A stretch of DNA of 37,304 nt from Octopus sinensis (lineage: Eukaryota): positions 1 to 37,304 of the forward strand of contig NW_021831695.1 of the NCBI RefSeq assembly GCF_006345805.1, in the 5' to 3' direction. The position numbers and the translations under genes were made by a program. The notes under the pieces are model-generated. The model had not been told where the DNA came from and did no database searches. It saw only the letters and a program-made list of their open reading frames with translations. Below, piece by piece: positions 26,113-37,036 of this stretch (within the stretch, counting starts at the first letter, position 1; each line of letters starts with the position of its first letter).

Positions 26113-26786
26113 ATAATAGAAATATTAAAATTACTAAGCCTCTCTAAAAGAGAACAACGGCAGCGTTCCCGGAAAATAATAGTTATCGCCATACTAATAT
26201 GGCATTCTTATAAAAATAAGAATAAAGCTGTCCGCTTATTAGCTCCATGAGGCCATCGCCTTAAGTTAGCTATTCGATACACAAACTGTATCCATATAAC
26301 CTTCGAACAAGGGAGGTCAGTCACTCCACACTACTTGACCGGCAGCTGCAGACGCGTTTCGGGGTATTGCCCCTTTTCAATGCAGCGTAGCCAGACCAGT
26401 AGGTGTCGCTTCTGACAATCTCTGTTCGAAGGTTTTATTTACCTAGCTTCGGTGGAATATATCCACTTGTTTTCAATAATAGAAATATTAAAATTACTAA
26501 GTCTCTCTAAAAGAGAACAACGGCAGCGTTCCCGGAAAATAATAGTTATCGCCATACTAATATGGCATTCTTATAAAAATAAGAATAAAGCTGTCCGCTT
26601 ATTAACTCCATGAGGCCATCGCCTTAAGTTAGCTATTCGATACACAAACTGTATCCATATAACCTTCGAAGGTTATATGGATACAGTTTGTGTATCGAAT
26701 AGCTAACTTAAGGCGATGGCCTCATGGAGTTAATAAGCGGACAGCTTTATTCTTATTTTTATAAGAATGCCATATTAGTATGGCGA

Positions 26787-26793
<7 letters not shown>
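26113..26793 (-). mobile_element. Non-autonomous HHR-bearing element (Penelope pLTR / retrozyme-like): 363-bp unit, partial second unit and inverted arm
   Basis: Direct repeat of period 363 (26113/26476; 26298/26661) with two substitutions, a perfect palindrome at 26542-26793, (TA)n on both sides, and no ORF. Confidence 0.8.
26345..26386 (-). ncRNA. Type I hammerhead ribozyme, U3-A8 core variant
   Basis: Minus strand: GCUGCA-UUGAAAA-GGGG(CAAUA)CCCC-GAAACGCGUC^UGCAGC. It has a 6-bp stem I, a 4-bp stem II and a palindromic ACGCGU stem III; predicted cleavage is between 26351 and 26350. Confidence 0.8.
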
Positions 26794-26847
<54 letters not shown>

Positions 26848-27179
26848 TATATATACGACGTACTTCTTTTAGTTTCCGTATAACAAATCCACACACGAGG
26901 CATTGGTCGACCCAGGGCTATAGTAAAGACACTTGTCCATAGTGCTGCCCAAGACCACATGGTTGGGAATCAAGCTCTTTAAAATTACACCCAACCCTAC
27001 GCTCATATTGTTCTTAATTGTTTTGTTCTCTTTAAATAAATGAGTCCATTACTAATTGCTATACAGAAATTTAACTTCGTCCTTCCGAATTCGAACTTCG
27101 AATCCCGTTGAGATTTACCTCCCTCTTTTATCGTTCTGGGGATTAGGGGTCAATAAGATGAATAATGCCCAAGGATCTA

Positions 27180-27366
27180 GGGGTCGATTCACCAATTATT
27201 TCTATTTACATGGTTATCAGTTTGTTGTGATTTTCTTTGATCTTTATAACCTTTATAGATTTCTCTCTTCTTTACATGTCAGTTGTCAAAGAAAGGTGAT
27301 GGAACCGATTACATTGTGACAGGGACGATATCCGTTCCCACCCACTATAGAAAGAGAAAGAGAGAA

Positions 27367-27420
<54 letters not shown>

Positions 27421-27510
27421 GAAGAGAGAAAGACAAAGGTGAGATAAAATGCCACGACGAACCCTGTGGGATTTGAACTCGGGACACAGAAGGGCGTGAC
27501 TGCGTAACTA
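27180..27510 (-). mobile_element. Degenerate SINE-like element with internal (CT)n
   Basis: B-box-like GAGTTCAAATCCC near 27470-27482 on minus; part of the element is duplicated in inverted orientation at 28027-28170. Confidence 0.5.
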
Positions 27511-27624
27511 GTCGCGTTTTGTAGTTTCAGCAGATTTTAACCGCTGTTATATTCATAGATAATCAATATATTTTATAGGTATGTATGTCTGTGTGTGAGA
27601 GTGTGTGTTTGCATGTGCGTGTAT

Positions 27625-27670
<46 letters not shown>

Positions 27671-27885
27671 TATGTGTGTGTGTTTGCCTGTGTGTGAGTG
27701 TGTGTGTGTTTGTTTTTTAAAACAATAGTAGTTTATATTCTAATGGTATCATAATGAGGCAATAAGGAAGCATCTAAGCAGTTGCTTACTCTGCTAGAAA
27801 TAACAATCAAATTCATTTTGTACCCAAGCATTAAAAAAAAACTAACAGCGTTTCGTTGTCTACATGTGTGTATGTGTGTGTGTCT

Positions 27886-27995
<110 letters not shown>

Positions 27996-28323
27996 CATAC
28001 ATATATAGATATATATATATATATATACAGGGTTCGTCGTGGCTTTTTATCTCACCTTTGTCTTTCTCTCTTCTTTTCGCTCTCTCTCTCTCTCTCTCTT
28101 TCTCTCTTTCTCTTTCTATAGTGGGTGGGAACGGATATCGTCCCTGTCACAATGTAATCGGTTCCATCACGCAATGAATACTAGTAAAAATATTTGGTTA
28201 ATAATTCCTTACGGGAGACAAATTAAATCTAATCTCCCACTGCTGTTTCGTCAAGCTATTGCTAGGAATTTTCCAAATTAATTCACATAAGGTTAGGATA
28301 GGTTTTTCAAACACAAAAATCTC

Positions 28324-28863
28324 TTGCAAATTATATCTTCTCATAATAACAAACTGTTAAATATTAATACATTTACTAATACTAACATTAATTTAGCTAA
28401 TACCATCCAACCCTCTAGAAATATTAATAACAAGGTTATTGTATCTGAAGTCAATCCCAATAGAATTAAATTTATGTCAAGTAACTCTAAGATTAAAAAT
28501 TCTATATACCAGTGTATAATCAGTACTCGTAATAAAGTACGATTTTACATTGGAAGCACATCGTTAGAGTTATCTAAAAGAATTTCTATCCATTACTCAA
28601 CATTTAGGGATAGAAATAAACGGAATAGTACCGGTTTCAGCAAACTGATTTGGGATTTAAAAGACCACAATCAACAATTTCATTTAGAATGGTTGATCCT
28701 CTCAATTTCGATACCATATGACAAAGGCAAGAAATTCTGTCTTCTCTGCAATTATGAGCTATTTTTCATTATTTTTTCTAAAAATACTCTAGTAAACACG
28801 GTTATAGAACGAGTATACAGATGTAAGCATTGGCAGAAACATACTTTTAGTGCATATAAGTAG
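28324..28863 (+). pseudogene. Penelope-like GIY-YIG endonuclease domain, open remnant (179 aa)
   Basis: ORF-track protein with a GIY/YIG-like bipartite motif and C-terminal Cys/His residues. The upstream sequence has stops and there is no true start codon. Confidence 0.85.
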
Positions 28864-29063
28864 TCTCTATCATTATATATAGTTTAGACTTTAATTTCCT
28901 TTATATTTAACATTCACTATTAATATCCCTACTCTTTCTGTTAGCTACTTATGACGTTATATGATATAACGTTTTTTTAAACAATATTAATAGCGTTCTG
29001 TCTATCGCTATACGAATCCATCATTTTTTGCTAAAATGTCGTATTGAGGAGTTTCGTTTTTTC

Positions 29064-29149
29064 ACTTTCCCGAAGAGAAGATTGCATTGTTTATACCTTT
29101 TATTCTTTTGAATAGTATCAGTGGAATTTTCGAAACATATGTAGAAAGT
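29064..29149 (+). ncRNA. Type I hammerhead ribozyme with extended stem II (U4C core)
   Basis: ACUUUC-CCGAAGA-GAAGAUU...AAUUUUC-GAAACAUAUGUA^GAAAGU. It has a 6-bp stem I, a 7-bp stem II base and a palindromic ACAUAUGU stem III; predicted cleavage is between 29143 and 29144. Confidence 0.75.
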
Positions 29150-29364
29150 AAAAATACTTGTTTAAACCTGCGTTAACTCCATTTTTTATTCATATTATTC
29201 AAAATATTCAACGTAAACACGAAGTTTCAACCTTTATAAACAAGGAGTTACAACATCTTTACTTGTGAGATTTTTGCTGCCCTGGTAACTATTCATTTAT
29301 TTATCCGTGTTAATTGTTAACAAGGTAAAATACACTCATCTATTTATATATATATATATATATC

Positions 29365-29790
29365 TTTACTTTTTTACTTGTCTCAGTCATTTAACTGCGG
29401 CCGTGCTGGAGCACCACCTTGAAGGGTTGTAGTCAAACAAATCGACTCTGGTACTTATTTCTGAAGCCTAGTATTTATTCTATTGTTTCTTTTGCCGAAC
29501 AGCTGTTTCGAGGATGTAAACACGCCAACACCGGTTGTCGGTTGTCAAATGAGTGATGTGCGGGACAAACATAGACTCAAAGACACACAAACACACACAC
29601 GCATGCACAAACACACACACACACGCACACACGCACACGCACACACATACGACGGGCTCATTTCAGTTTACGTCTACCAAATCTATTCTCAAAGCGTTGG
29701 TCGGTGCGGAGCTATAGTAGAAGACACTTGTCCAAGTTGCCAATCAGTTAGTGAGTGGGATTGAACCCTGAACCACATAGTTGGGAAGAA
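29365..29790 (-). mobile_element. SINE family A, full-length degenerate copy
   Basis: Reverse-complement tail, internal (CA)n and head (gtgggattgaaccctgaaccacatagttggg). Confidence 0.85.
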
Positions 29791-29854
29791 TATATATATG
29801 TATATTAACGCATATCTATCGTCTTCTCTCATTCCCTCTTTAACATTTTCTTTA

Positions 29855-29896
29855 TGTATGTATGTATGTATGTATGTATGTATGTATGTATGTATG

Positions 29897-29940
<44 letters not shown>

Positions 29941-29946
29941 CATCTG

Positions 29947-30005
<59 letters not shown>
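29855..30005. repeat. Compound tetranucleotide microsatellite (TATG)n(TATC)n
   Basis: Directly visible. Similar arrays occur at about 8560-8630, 19730-19805, 34745-34850 and 36030-36155. Confidence 0.97.
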
Positions 30006-30404
30006 GTTTGTTTGTTTGTCTGTCTGGCGGTTTATTATCTATCTTATCGAAAGCAATAAACCAATGAGGCATAGTAGATCACCATGAACGCAATCATGCG
30101 TGTGTCGCTTGATAGAAACATTTTGCAATGCGTTAGGATGGTTATTGATTGAAGCGTAAGGTGACGTGTTGAAGCCGACAGGTGTAGTACGGATCGAAGG
30201 GTAATAGGACTAGGAGAACTAAGGTGTGATGTAAAAATATATAAATAAATAAATAAAGTTTACAGGTGAAGCAGGTTGTTTATAATAATATATCAATATT
30301 AATTTAAGACCAAATACAATAAAAGACTTTGGACTTTCATGACACAATGTCGACAGCGTACCGACATCACTGTAACAACTACTATCATTACTACTAACAA
30401 CAAC

Positions 30405-30449
<45 letters not shown>

Positions 30450-30681
30450 CAGTAGTAGTAGTGGCCATTTTAGCTATGTTGTATGTCTGTCAAATATATT
30501 TTACGCATTTGTTGTACATTCATGTATGCGTATACCTTATATCATCGTGTGTGTGTGAGTGTGCGTGTGTGCATACGTACATGTATAGCTTCATGTTTAT
30601 GCACCTATAGTTATACACTCACATATTCATTTATACAAGCACACACAAACACAAACACAAACATATATATATATATATATA

Positions 30682-30874
30682 GGGAGAGTTTACGAAAAAA
30701 AACAAAGGACGAAGACAGGTGGTGTACAAAACAAACAGATGTATTAGTATAACGCTCAGGAATAGAAAAAGTATTTTACGTTTCGAGCCTACGCTCTTCT
30801 ACAGAAAGGGACACAAAAAAAAAACAAGGAGAGAAACAAGGAGAAAAAAAGATGTGCGTAGTGGCTAACGATCT

Positions 30875-30876
<2 letters not shown>
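30682..30876 (-). mobile_element. Short HHR-bearing repeat (PLE pLTR-like) flanked by (TA)n
   Basis: Contains a minimal HHR-like motif at 30774-30807; a diverged inverted relative lies at about 31060-31160. Confidence 0.55.
30774..30807 (-). ncRNA. Minimal hammerhead-like motif (A6U core, short stem I)
   Basis: Minus strand: UUU-CUGUAGA-A-GAGC(GUAG)GCUC-GAAACGUA^AAA. Confidence 0.5.
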
Positions 30877-30909
<33 letters not shown>

Positions 30910-31216
30910 GTATGTATGTATAAATGTGTCTGTATGTGTGTGTGTATGTGTGTGTGTGTGCGTGTGTGTATGCATGCATATATGTGTATGTGTCTAATCA
31001 TTTTCATCATGTAGCGTTACCCTTATTCATTTCCCCCCGCTCTCCTCACTTTTGTCCCTCCGAAACGCTTTCTGTCGAAAACCGTAGAGGGTACGTCAAA
31101 GACTTTTCCATTCTTTCCGATTGCAGCTTTAAACTAAATACACCTGTTTGCTCCTTCACTGTATTTTCTGTAAAATACGAAAATGTATATATATATATAT
31201 ATATATATAGATATAT

Positions 31217-31247
<31 letters not shown>

Positions 31248-31339
31248 GATACATACATACATAACATACATACATACTACATACATACATATTAGAGGGA
31301 AAACCACTAAGTGGACACCTTATGCTAGAAATAGATCCG

Positions 31340-31379
<40 letters not shown>

Positions 31380-31989
31380 TGTATATATATGTATATATAT
31401 AAAATAATATATACACATATATATACATACAAGTGTGTGGTGCTTTGTTATGAACTTGGTTTTGCAAGATTCTTTATATGAATTCGTGTCTTGAAGCAAA
31501 TTATGCTGTACCTGGGGAGAGTCATATTGTCTTAAAGCCTTATTATTTAACACACTCACCGGTTTGATTTCCACTCATTTATTGTTTATATTTTTTTCTT
31601 CCAAAATTTTCGTTGCTTTTGCAACCTTGTCAATAGATGTTGACTCTGTCCCTTATTGGAGCTTGTGTGTGTGTGTGTGTCAGCGGGCATGTGTGCTTGT
31701 GTTTGCACATATATATGTATGTGTGTGTATGAATATATATATGTGTGTGTGTGTGCATGTGTGTGCGTGCGTGTGTGGTTGTGTGTACGTATGTATGTAT
31801 TACGCATATTCATGTGTTTGTGAGTGCGTGTTTGTATGTATGTATGTGTACTTGTGTGTGTACCTCTGTCTCCTTGTGTTTGCGTGATTGAGTGTTTCTA
31901 TATGTATGGGGTTGTGTAACTATTACGCGCGTTTGTTATAAGAGACGCATGTACATAGTCACACAAACCTATATATATATACATATATA

Positions 31990-32218
31990 TTTCTTTACTA
32001 CCCACAAGGGGCTAAACATAGAGGGGACAAAGAAGGACAGACAAAGGGATTAAGTTGAATACATCGACCCCATTGCGAAACTGGTACTTAATTTATCGAC
32101 CCCGAAAGGATGAAAGGCAAAGTCGACCTCGGCAGAATTTGAACTCAGAACGTAACGGCAGACGAAATACAGCTACGCATTTCGCCCGGTGTGCTAACGT
32201 GTCTGCCAGCTCGCCGCC

Positions 32219-32220
<2 letters not shown>
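31990..32220 (-). mobile_element. Full-length tRNA-derived SINE family C
   Basis: Minus strand: ggcggcgagctggcagacacgttagc...ctgagttcaaattctgccgaggtcgac...gtagtaaagaaat. Confidence 0.92.
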
Positions 32221-32254
<34 letters not shown>

Positions 32255-32256
<2 letters not shown>

Positions 32257-32645
32257 CTAGCAGTATCGCCCGGCGTTGCTCAGGTTTGTAAGGGAAATAA
32301 CTATAAAGCATTTTTAGAGAGTTATAGCCAAAAAATATTTTTAAAAATGGAAAAAAAAATGATGGTATAATTTTTTTTCGAGAGTTAAAAAAGGTGGAGT
32401 TGCGTCCCCTAGACGGTCTGTGGTTTGGGTTTCTGATTCTCGACCCCATGTCGAATTTATCGATTTTTCAGAACTGGGGGAATTTTCAAAATTTTCGATG
32501 CGTTAGTTTTGAATTATGAGACATTGGGCTATGTGAGTGTCAAGTTTCATCAGAATCGGTTGAAAGCCGTGGTCAGAGTGAAGGTACGAGGAAACAGACA
32601 CACAGAAAACGCACAGACAAACTGCCGTTTATATAGAGAGAGATA
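32255..32645 (+). mobile_element. Non-autonomous Helitron/Helentron-like element (Lep1/DINE-1-like)
   Basis: Starts TACTAGCAGTATCGCCCGGCGTTGCTC and ends aagtttcatcagaatcggttgaaagccgtgg...cagacacacaga...tttatatagagag; both ends resemble those typical of this class. Confidence 0.65.
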
Positions 32646-33083
32646 TACATATATACATATGGTAAGCAGAATTGGCAGTAGGAATAACCATCTAGGGGAT
32701 AAGAATATTCGTTCTTACTACCAGTTTCATTTACCTATGTTAATACTAGGCATGCGTATGCAAGCATGCTAGGCTCATAGGGTACAGGTAATAACAGAAT
32801 AAACAAAAGTTTATCAGGAATCAAATTTAAGTAAGCAGAAAATGGAGAAAACTTTTGATCAACAAACATCCAAATTGACCAACATCGGTTAGATATTTTT
32901 AATACAAAACATAACATAACATATTTTACAGCCGTAGAAAATGTTATGTCTGTGTTTATCCACCACGACCGCTTGACAACCGGTGTTGGTGTGTTTACGG
33001 CTCCGTAAGTTAGGCTGTTCGGCAAAAGAGCCCGATAATACAAAGATTTCTCCATTTTCTGCATATTTTATATATATATATAG

Positions 33084-33114
<31 letters not shown>

Positions 33115-33149
33115 TACATATATATATTGTTTATATTATATTTATTTAA

Positions 33150-33295
33150 TTCTGGGTTCAATTTCCGTCGAGGTCAACTTTGCCTTTCATCCTTTCAGGG
33201 TCGATAAATTAAGCATCAGATGCGTACTGGGATCGATTTAATCGACTGGCCCCCTTACCAAAATTTCGGGCTTTGTGCCTAGAGTTGAAAAGAAT
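33150..33295 (+). mobile_element. SINE family C, partial
   Basis: ctgggttcaatttccgtcgaggtcaactttgcctttcatcctttcagggtcgataaattaag. Confidence 0.85.
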
Positions 33296-33411
33296 TATAT
33301 TTATTTAACTGAACGCCATGCATCCATTTCCATGTAAGTATATATATAAATAAATTAACAGAATGAGATAAAAATCCAAGGGTGTGAAAGATTTCAGGAC
33401 ATTTATAAATA

Positions 33412-33449
33412 GGTCTTACAGCTGTTTCCGGGATATTTCATATATCCCT
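33412..33449 (-). ncRNA. 5'-truncated hammerhead relic
   Basis: Minus strand: AA-GGGAUAU(AUGAA)AUAUCCC-G-GAAACAGCUGUA^AGACC. The CUGANGA core and the stem I 5' strand are replaced by (AT)n. Confidence 0.6.
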
Positions 33450-33519
33450 TATATATATGTGTGTGAGTGTTTATGTTTGTGTGTGAGTGTGTGTGTGTGA
33501 GTCTGTATGTTTTAAGTCT

Positions 33520-33680
33520 GTGTTTGTCCCCCACCATAGCTTGACAACCGGTGTTGGTGTTTACGGCTCCGTAAGTTAGTTGTTCGGCAAAAGAACCCGA
33601 TAGAATAAGTACAAAGCTTAAAACTAAATAAATAAATATTGGTGTCAATTTATTCGACTAGAAATTCTTCAATGTTGTTC
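33520..33680 (+). mobile_element. SINE family A 3' half
   Basis: ttgacaaccggtgttggtgtttacggctccgtaag..ttcggcaaaagaacccgatagaataagtac. Confidence 0.8.
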
Positions 33681-33957
33681 CCCAGTATAAGACTGCTCAA
33701 GGTTGTTATCCAGGACAAGGTTTTTCTCCAGCAGCCAAATCACTGATGCAAGTAAAAGTTAGAAGTGACATGGAATAAAAATGTACCAAGGAAACTTTCT
33801 CTTAAATCTACCCAGGTACTGAAATGGTATTTTCTTATATCGCATCTGATAGCAAGATTTGAATAAAGATATTGAAGTTATAGCAGAATTTGACCTGCGT
33901 TGTTGATGGTATTATTTAATTTTTCATTATTGAATTGATAATAAGTGTTTATTTCTA

Positions 33958-34068
<111 letters not shown>

Positions 34069-34498
34069 TAAGATAGATAGATAGATAGATAGATACACTG
34101 GCCAAAATTGTTTTAAAACCGATGATGACAGTTCTATCCTTCATTAATTATTTTTAACAGAACTGTATAAAATTATTTACTTTTACAGTTTATATAGAAT
34201 TTTTTTCTTATTCGAATAATATAGGCGTTATATAAAACTTAGATAAAACTTAGATATGTTTCGACCAAAGATTGGTCCAGGCCATGTCTAACTTAATAGC
34301 ACCACCTGATAGGATTATCTAAATCCTGTTTAAGTCAAGTTTTGTTTATGGTCCATTCAAGTAGTGAGTTTTTGTTGGGTGAGTTGTATCCAATCTTTCT
34401 ATAATTCGAATAACTTTAATGCGCAATTAATTCAAATGATAAGAAATTGTCGGCAAAATAGGTTTAAGACCGTACGAAGATTATGCAAATTAATAAAC

Positions 34499-34548
<50 letters not shown>

Positions 34549-35059
34549 GATTTGATATCTATCTATCTATCTCTTTCTCTCTATATGTGTGTGTATATGA
34601 ATGTGCGTGTATATATATATATATATAGTATATAAACTTCGATAACTTAGATTGGTTCCAGCCATTATCAGCCCAGGTCATGACTAACTCAATACCACCA
34701 ACTGGAAAAGTCTTTTAGTTAATTACTTCGGTACACCATACATACGTACGTACGTACATACATACATACATACATACATACATACATACATACATACATA
34801 CATACATACATACATACATACATACATACATACATACATACATACATACGTGGTCTTTTACACTGTTTCCATTTACCGAATAGTACTCACAAATTATTGG
34901 GCAATTCATGATTTGCTGAGAAACTACTTAACCAAACTGTCGCATTATGGAATCGGACTCCAAATCCCATTAACTGCAAAGAAAAATTCTTGCTCCAGCA
35001 CAAATGCATGTACTTCGCCTATGTGCATAGAAACAGGCTGAAAGAACAGAACTGACAAA

Positions 35060-35255
35060 AAATATTTGCTACTCTAGGCACAAGGCCCGAAATGTTGGGG
35101 TAAGGCCAGTCGATTAGATCGGCCCCAGTACGCAACTGGTACTTAATCTATCCAACCCGAAAGGATGAAAGGCAAAGTCGACTTCGGCAGAATTTGATCT
35201 CAGAACGTAAAGACAGACGAAATACCGCTAGGTATTTTGCCCGGCGTGCTAACGT
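35060..35255 (-). mobile_element. SINE family C
   Basis: aaggatgaaaggcaaagtcgacttcggcagaatttga..gacgaaataccgc..ccggcgtgctaacg. Confidence 0.85.
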
Positions 35256-35922
35256 AGAAGTGACAAATATTGCTTTAGATATCCTGTATTGTCAATGTGT
35301 CGGTCGCTCTCTATCAGATTTGTGGTTGAGTCTGTGGCAGATGAGACCAATTCTTGGTCCCCAGACCATATCCCTGCTCACCGCTGTCCGGACAGAGATT
35401 GCTGTCCGCAAATGCGAGCCCCGCGAATTAGAGTGGATGTTCCAGCGCATTCATCTGGGGTAGTGCCTTTTCCATTTTGTCTGCTGGTGCCATGAGAAAT
35501 GTTTCTATATTGTGAGAGGCAAGATTCTCCGTATTTGTGTAGTACAACGTCTCCATTACCTAACGCTTCGGAACGAGGAAATATTATTATTTTGTTGTAC
35601 AAAGAAAAATTAGCAAATGTCAATCTGATCAGCGTAGCCATGGCGACAACATCCTATTGAAAGGAAAACAAAGACGCAGTGGTCAATATTGCAACTCTTT
35701 AGATCATAGGCCTGTTTGGTGGAATCTGACCTAAAGTTAAGCAACAACGCTAATGCTGCTGCTGCCCCTCCTCCTCTAGCCCCCTTCCTCCCCTCCTCCT
35801 CCTACTACTACTACTACTATTCCCAGTAATAGAAACAAGAATCCGACATTGTTGAAGTTCATGATCAAAACAGGACACCAGGACAACAGATAACAAAAAC
35901 GTCATGACACCGTTCGAGAGAT

Positions 35923-35962
<40 letters not shown>

Positions 35963-36032
35963 GAGGAAACACGGCTTCTGTGTGTAAGTATGAAAGAGAT
36001 AGGGGGTAATGAGAGATACAAAGAAAGAAGTG

Positions 36033-36115
<83 letters not shown>

Positions 36116-36510
36116 GGATGGATGGATGGATGGATGGATGGATGGATAGATAGATAGACAAAGGGAGAGATAATTCATGACTACGCTTGTGCGTTTGTTT
36201 GTGTTTATATTTTTGTATGTGTATGTGGGGAGAGAGAAGGTGGGAGAGAAAGAGTGAGGGTCTGTGTATGCGTTTGTTATTGTGAGGTGGAAAGGAAAGA
36301 GAGGAAAACAGAGAGTAAATATGTGTGTATTCGCATGTGTGAATGAAACTTGTGTGAGAGAGGTAAAGAGGGAGAGAGAGAGAACGAGAGAGAGAGAGAG
36401 AGAGAGAACAACATTTGCGCTTGTGTGCGTATGTTTGTGTGCGTGCGTGTGCCGAAGCTCGTGTTTATTTGTATATATGTATGCATGTTTGTGTGTTTGT
36501 TGTGAAGTAG

Positions 36511-36553
<43 letters not shown>

Positions 36554-36776
36554 AGAGAAGAAAGACACAGAGAGACAGAGACAGAGACGGGGAGAGAAAG
36601 AGGGAAATATAAAGAAAGAGTAAAAAGGAAATGGTGAGATTGAAAAAAAAAGAAAAGGTGGAGGAAGGTCAAGAAGAATGTGTTCACATCAGCTGGTATC
36701 ACTAACCAGCGATACTCACTCCTTCTTACTCTTTCTCTATCTCTTTCCTTTTCACTCGCTTTCTTTCTCTCCGTTC

Positions 36777-36814
<38 letters not shown>

Positions 36815-36959
36815 ATTATATTACCGTCGATATATTACTGTCTTAACAAACAGCAGCAGTCGCTGCAGCGGTACTATCGACATGAGGAGAACAAATAAAA
36901 AACAAGAGCTCAAATAACGCCCCCTACCCACCTATACAACAACAAAGAAACTATTACTA

Positions 36960-37001
36960 TAGTAGCAGCAGCAGCAGCAGCAGGAGTAAAAATAACAGTA
37001 A

Positions 37002-37036
<35 letters not shown>

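Larger units (their letters stand above)
28171..29330 (+). mobile_element. 5'-truncated Penelope-like element (GIY-YIG; Neptune-like C-terminus) with 3' non-coding region
   Basis: Degenerate thumb/linker (IWLIIPY..QIISSHNNKLL), then SIYQC..FYIGST..RISIHYSTF..STGFSKLIWDLK and CLLCNYE..LVN..RCKH, then an HHR. (TA)n lies on both sides. Confidence 0.9.

Noticed and set aside
34240-34300. Hairpin followed by GAAACATAT on the minus strand, resembling an HHR
   Set aside because: No CUGANGA core and no stem I can be drawn; there are only two helices.
35290-35500. GC-richer stretch faintly resembling an R4/Dong LINE C-terminus on minus
   Set aside because: The similarity is too weak to call by eye; a profile search against LINE ORF2 models would be needed.
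35634-35648. GTAGCCATGGCGAC as an RFX X-box or a start codon
   Set aside because: A single motif with two mismatches; the ORF from this ATG stops after five codons.
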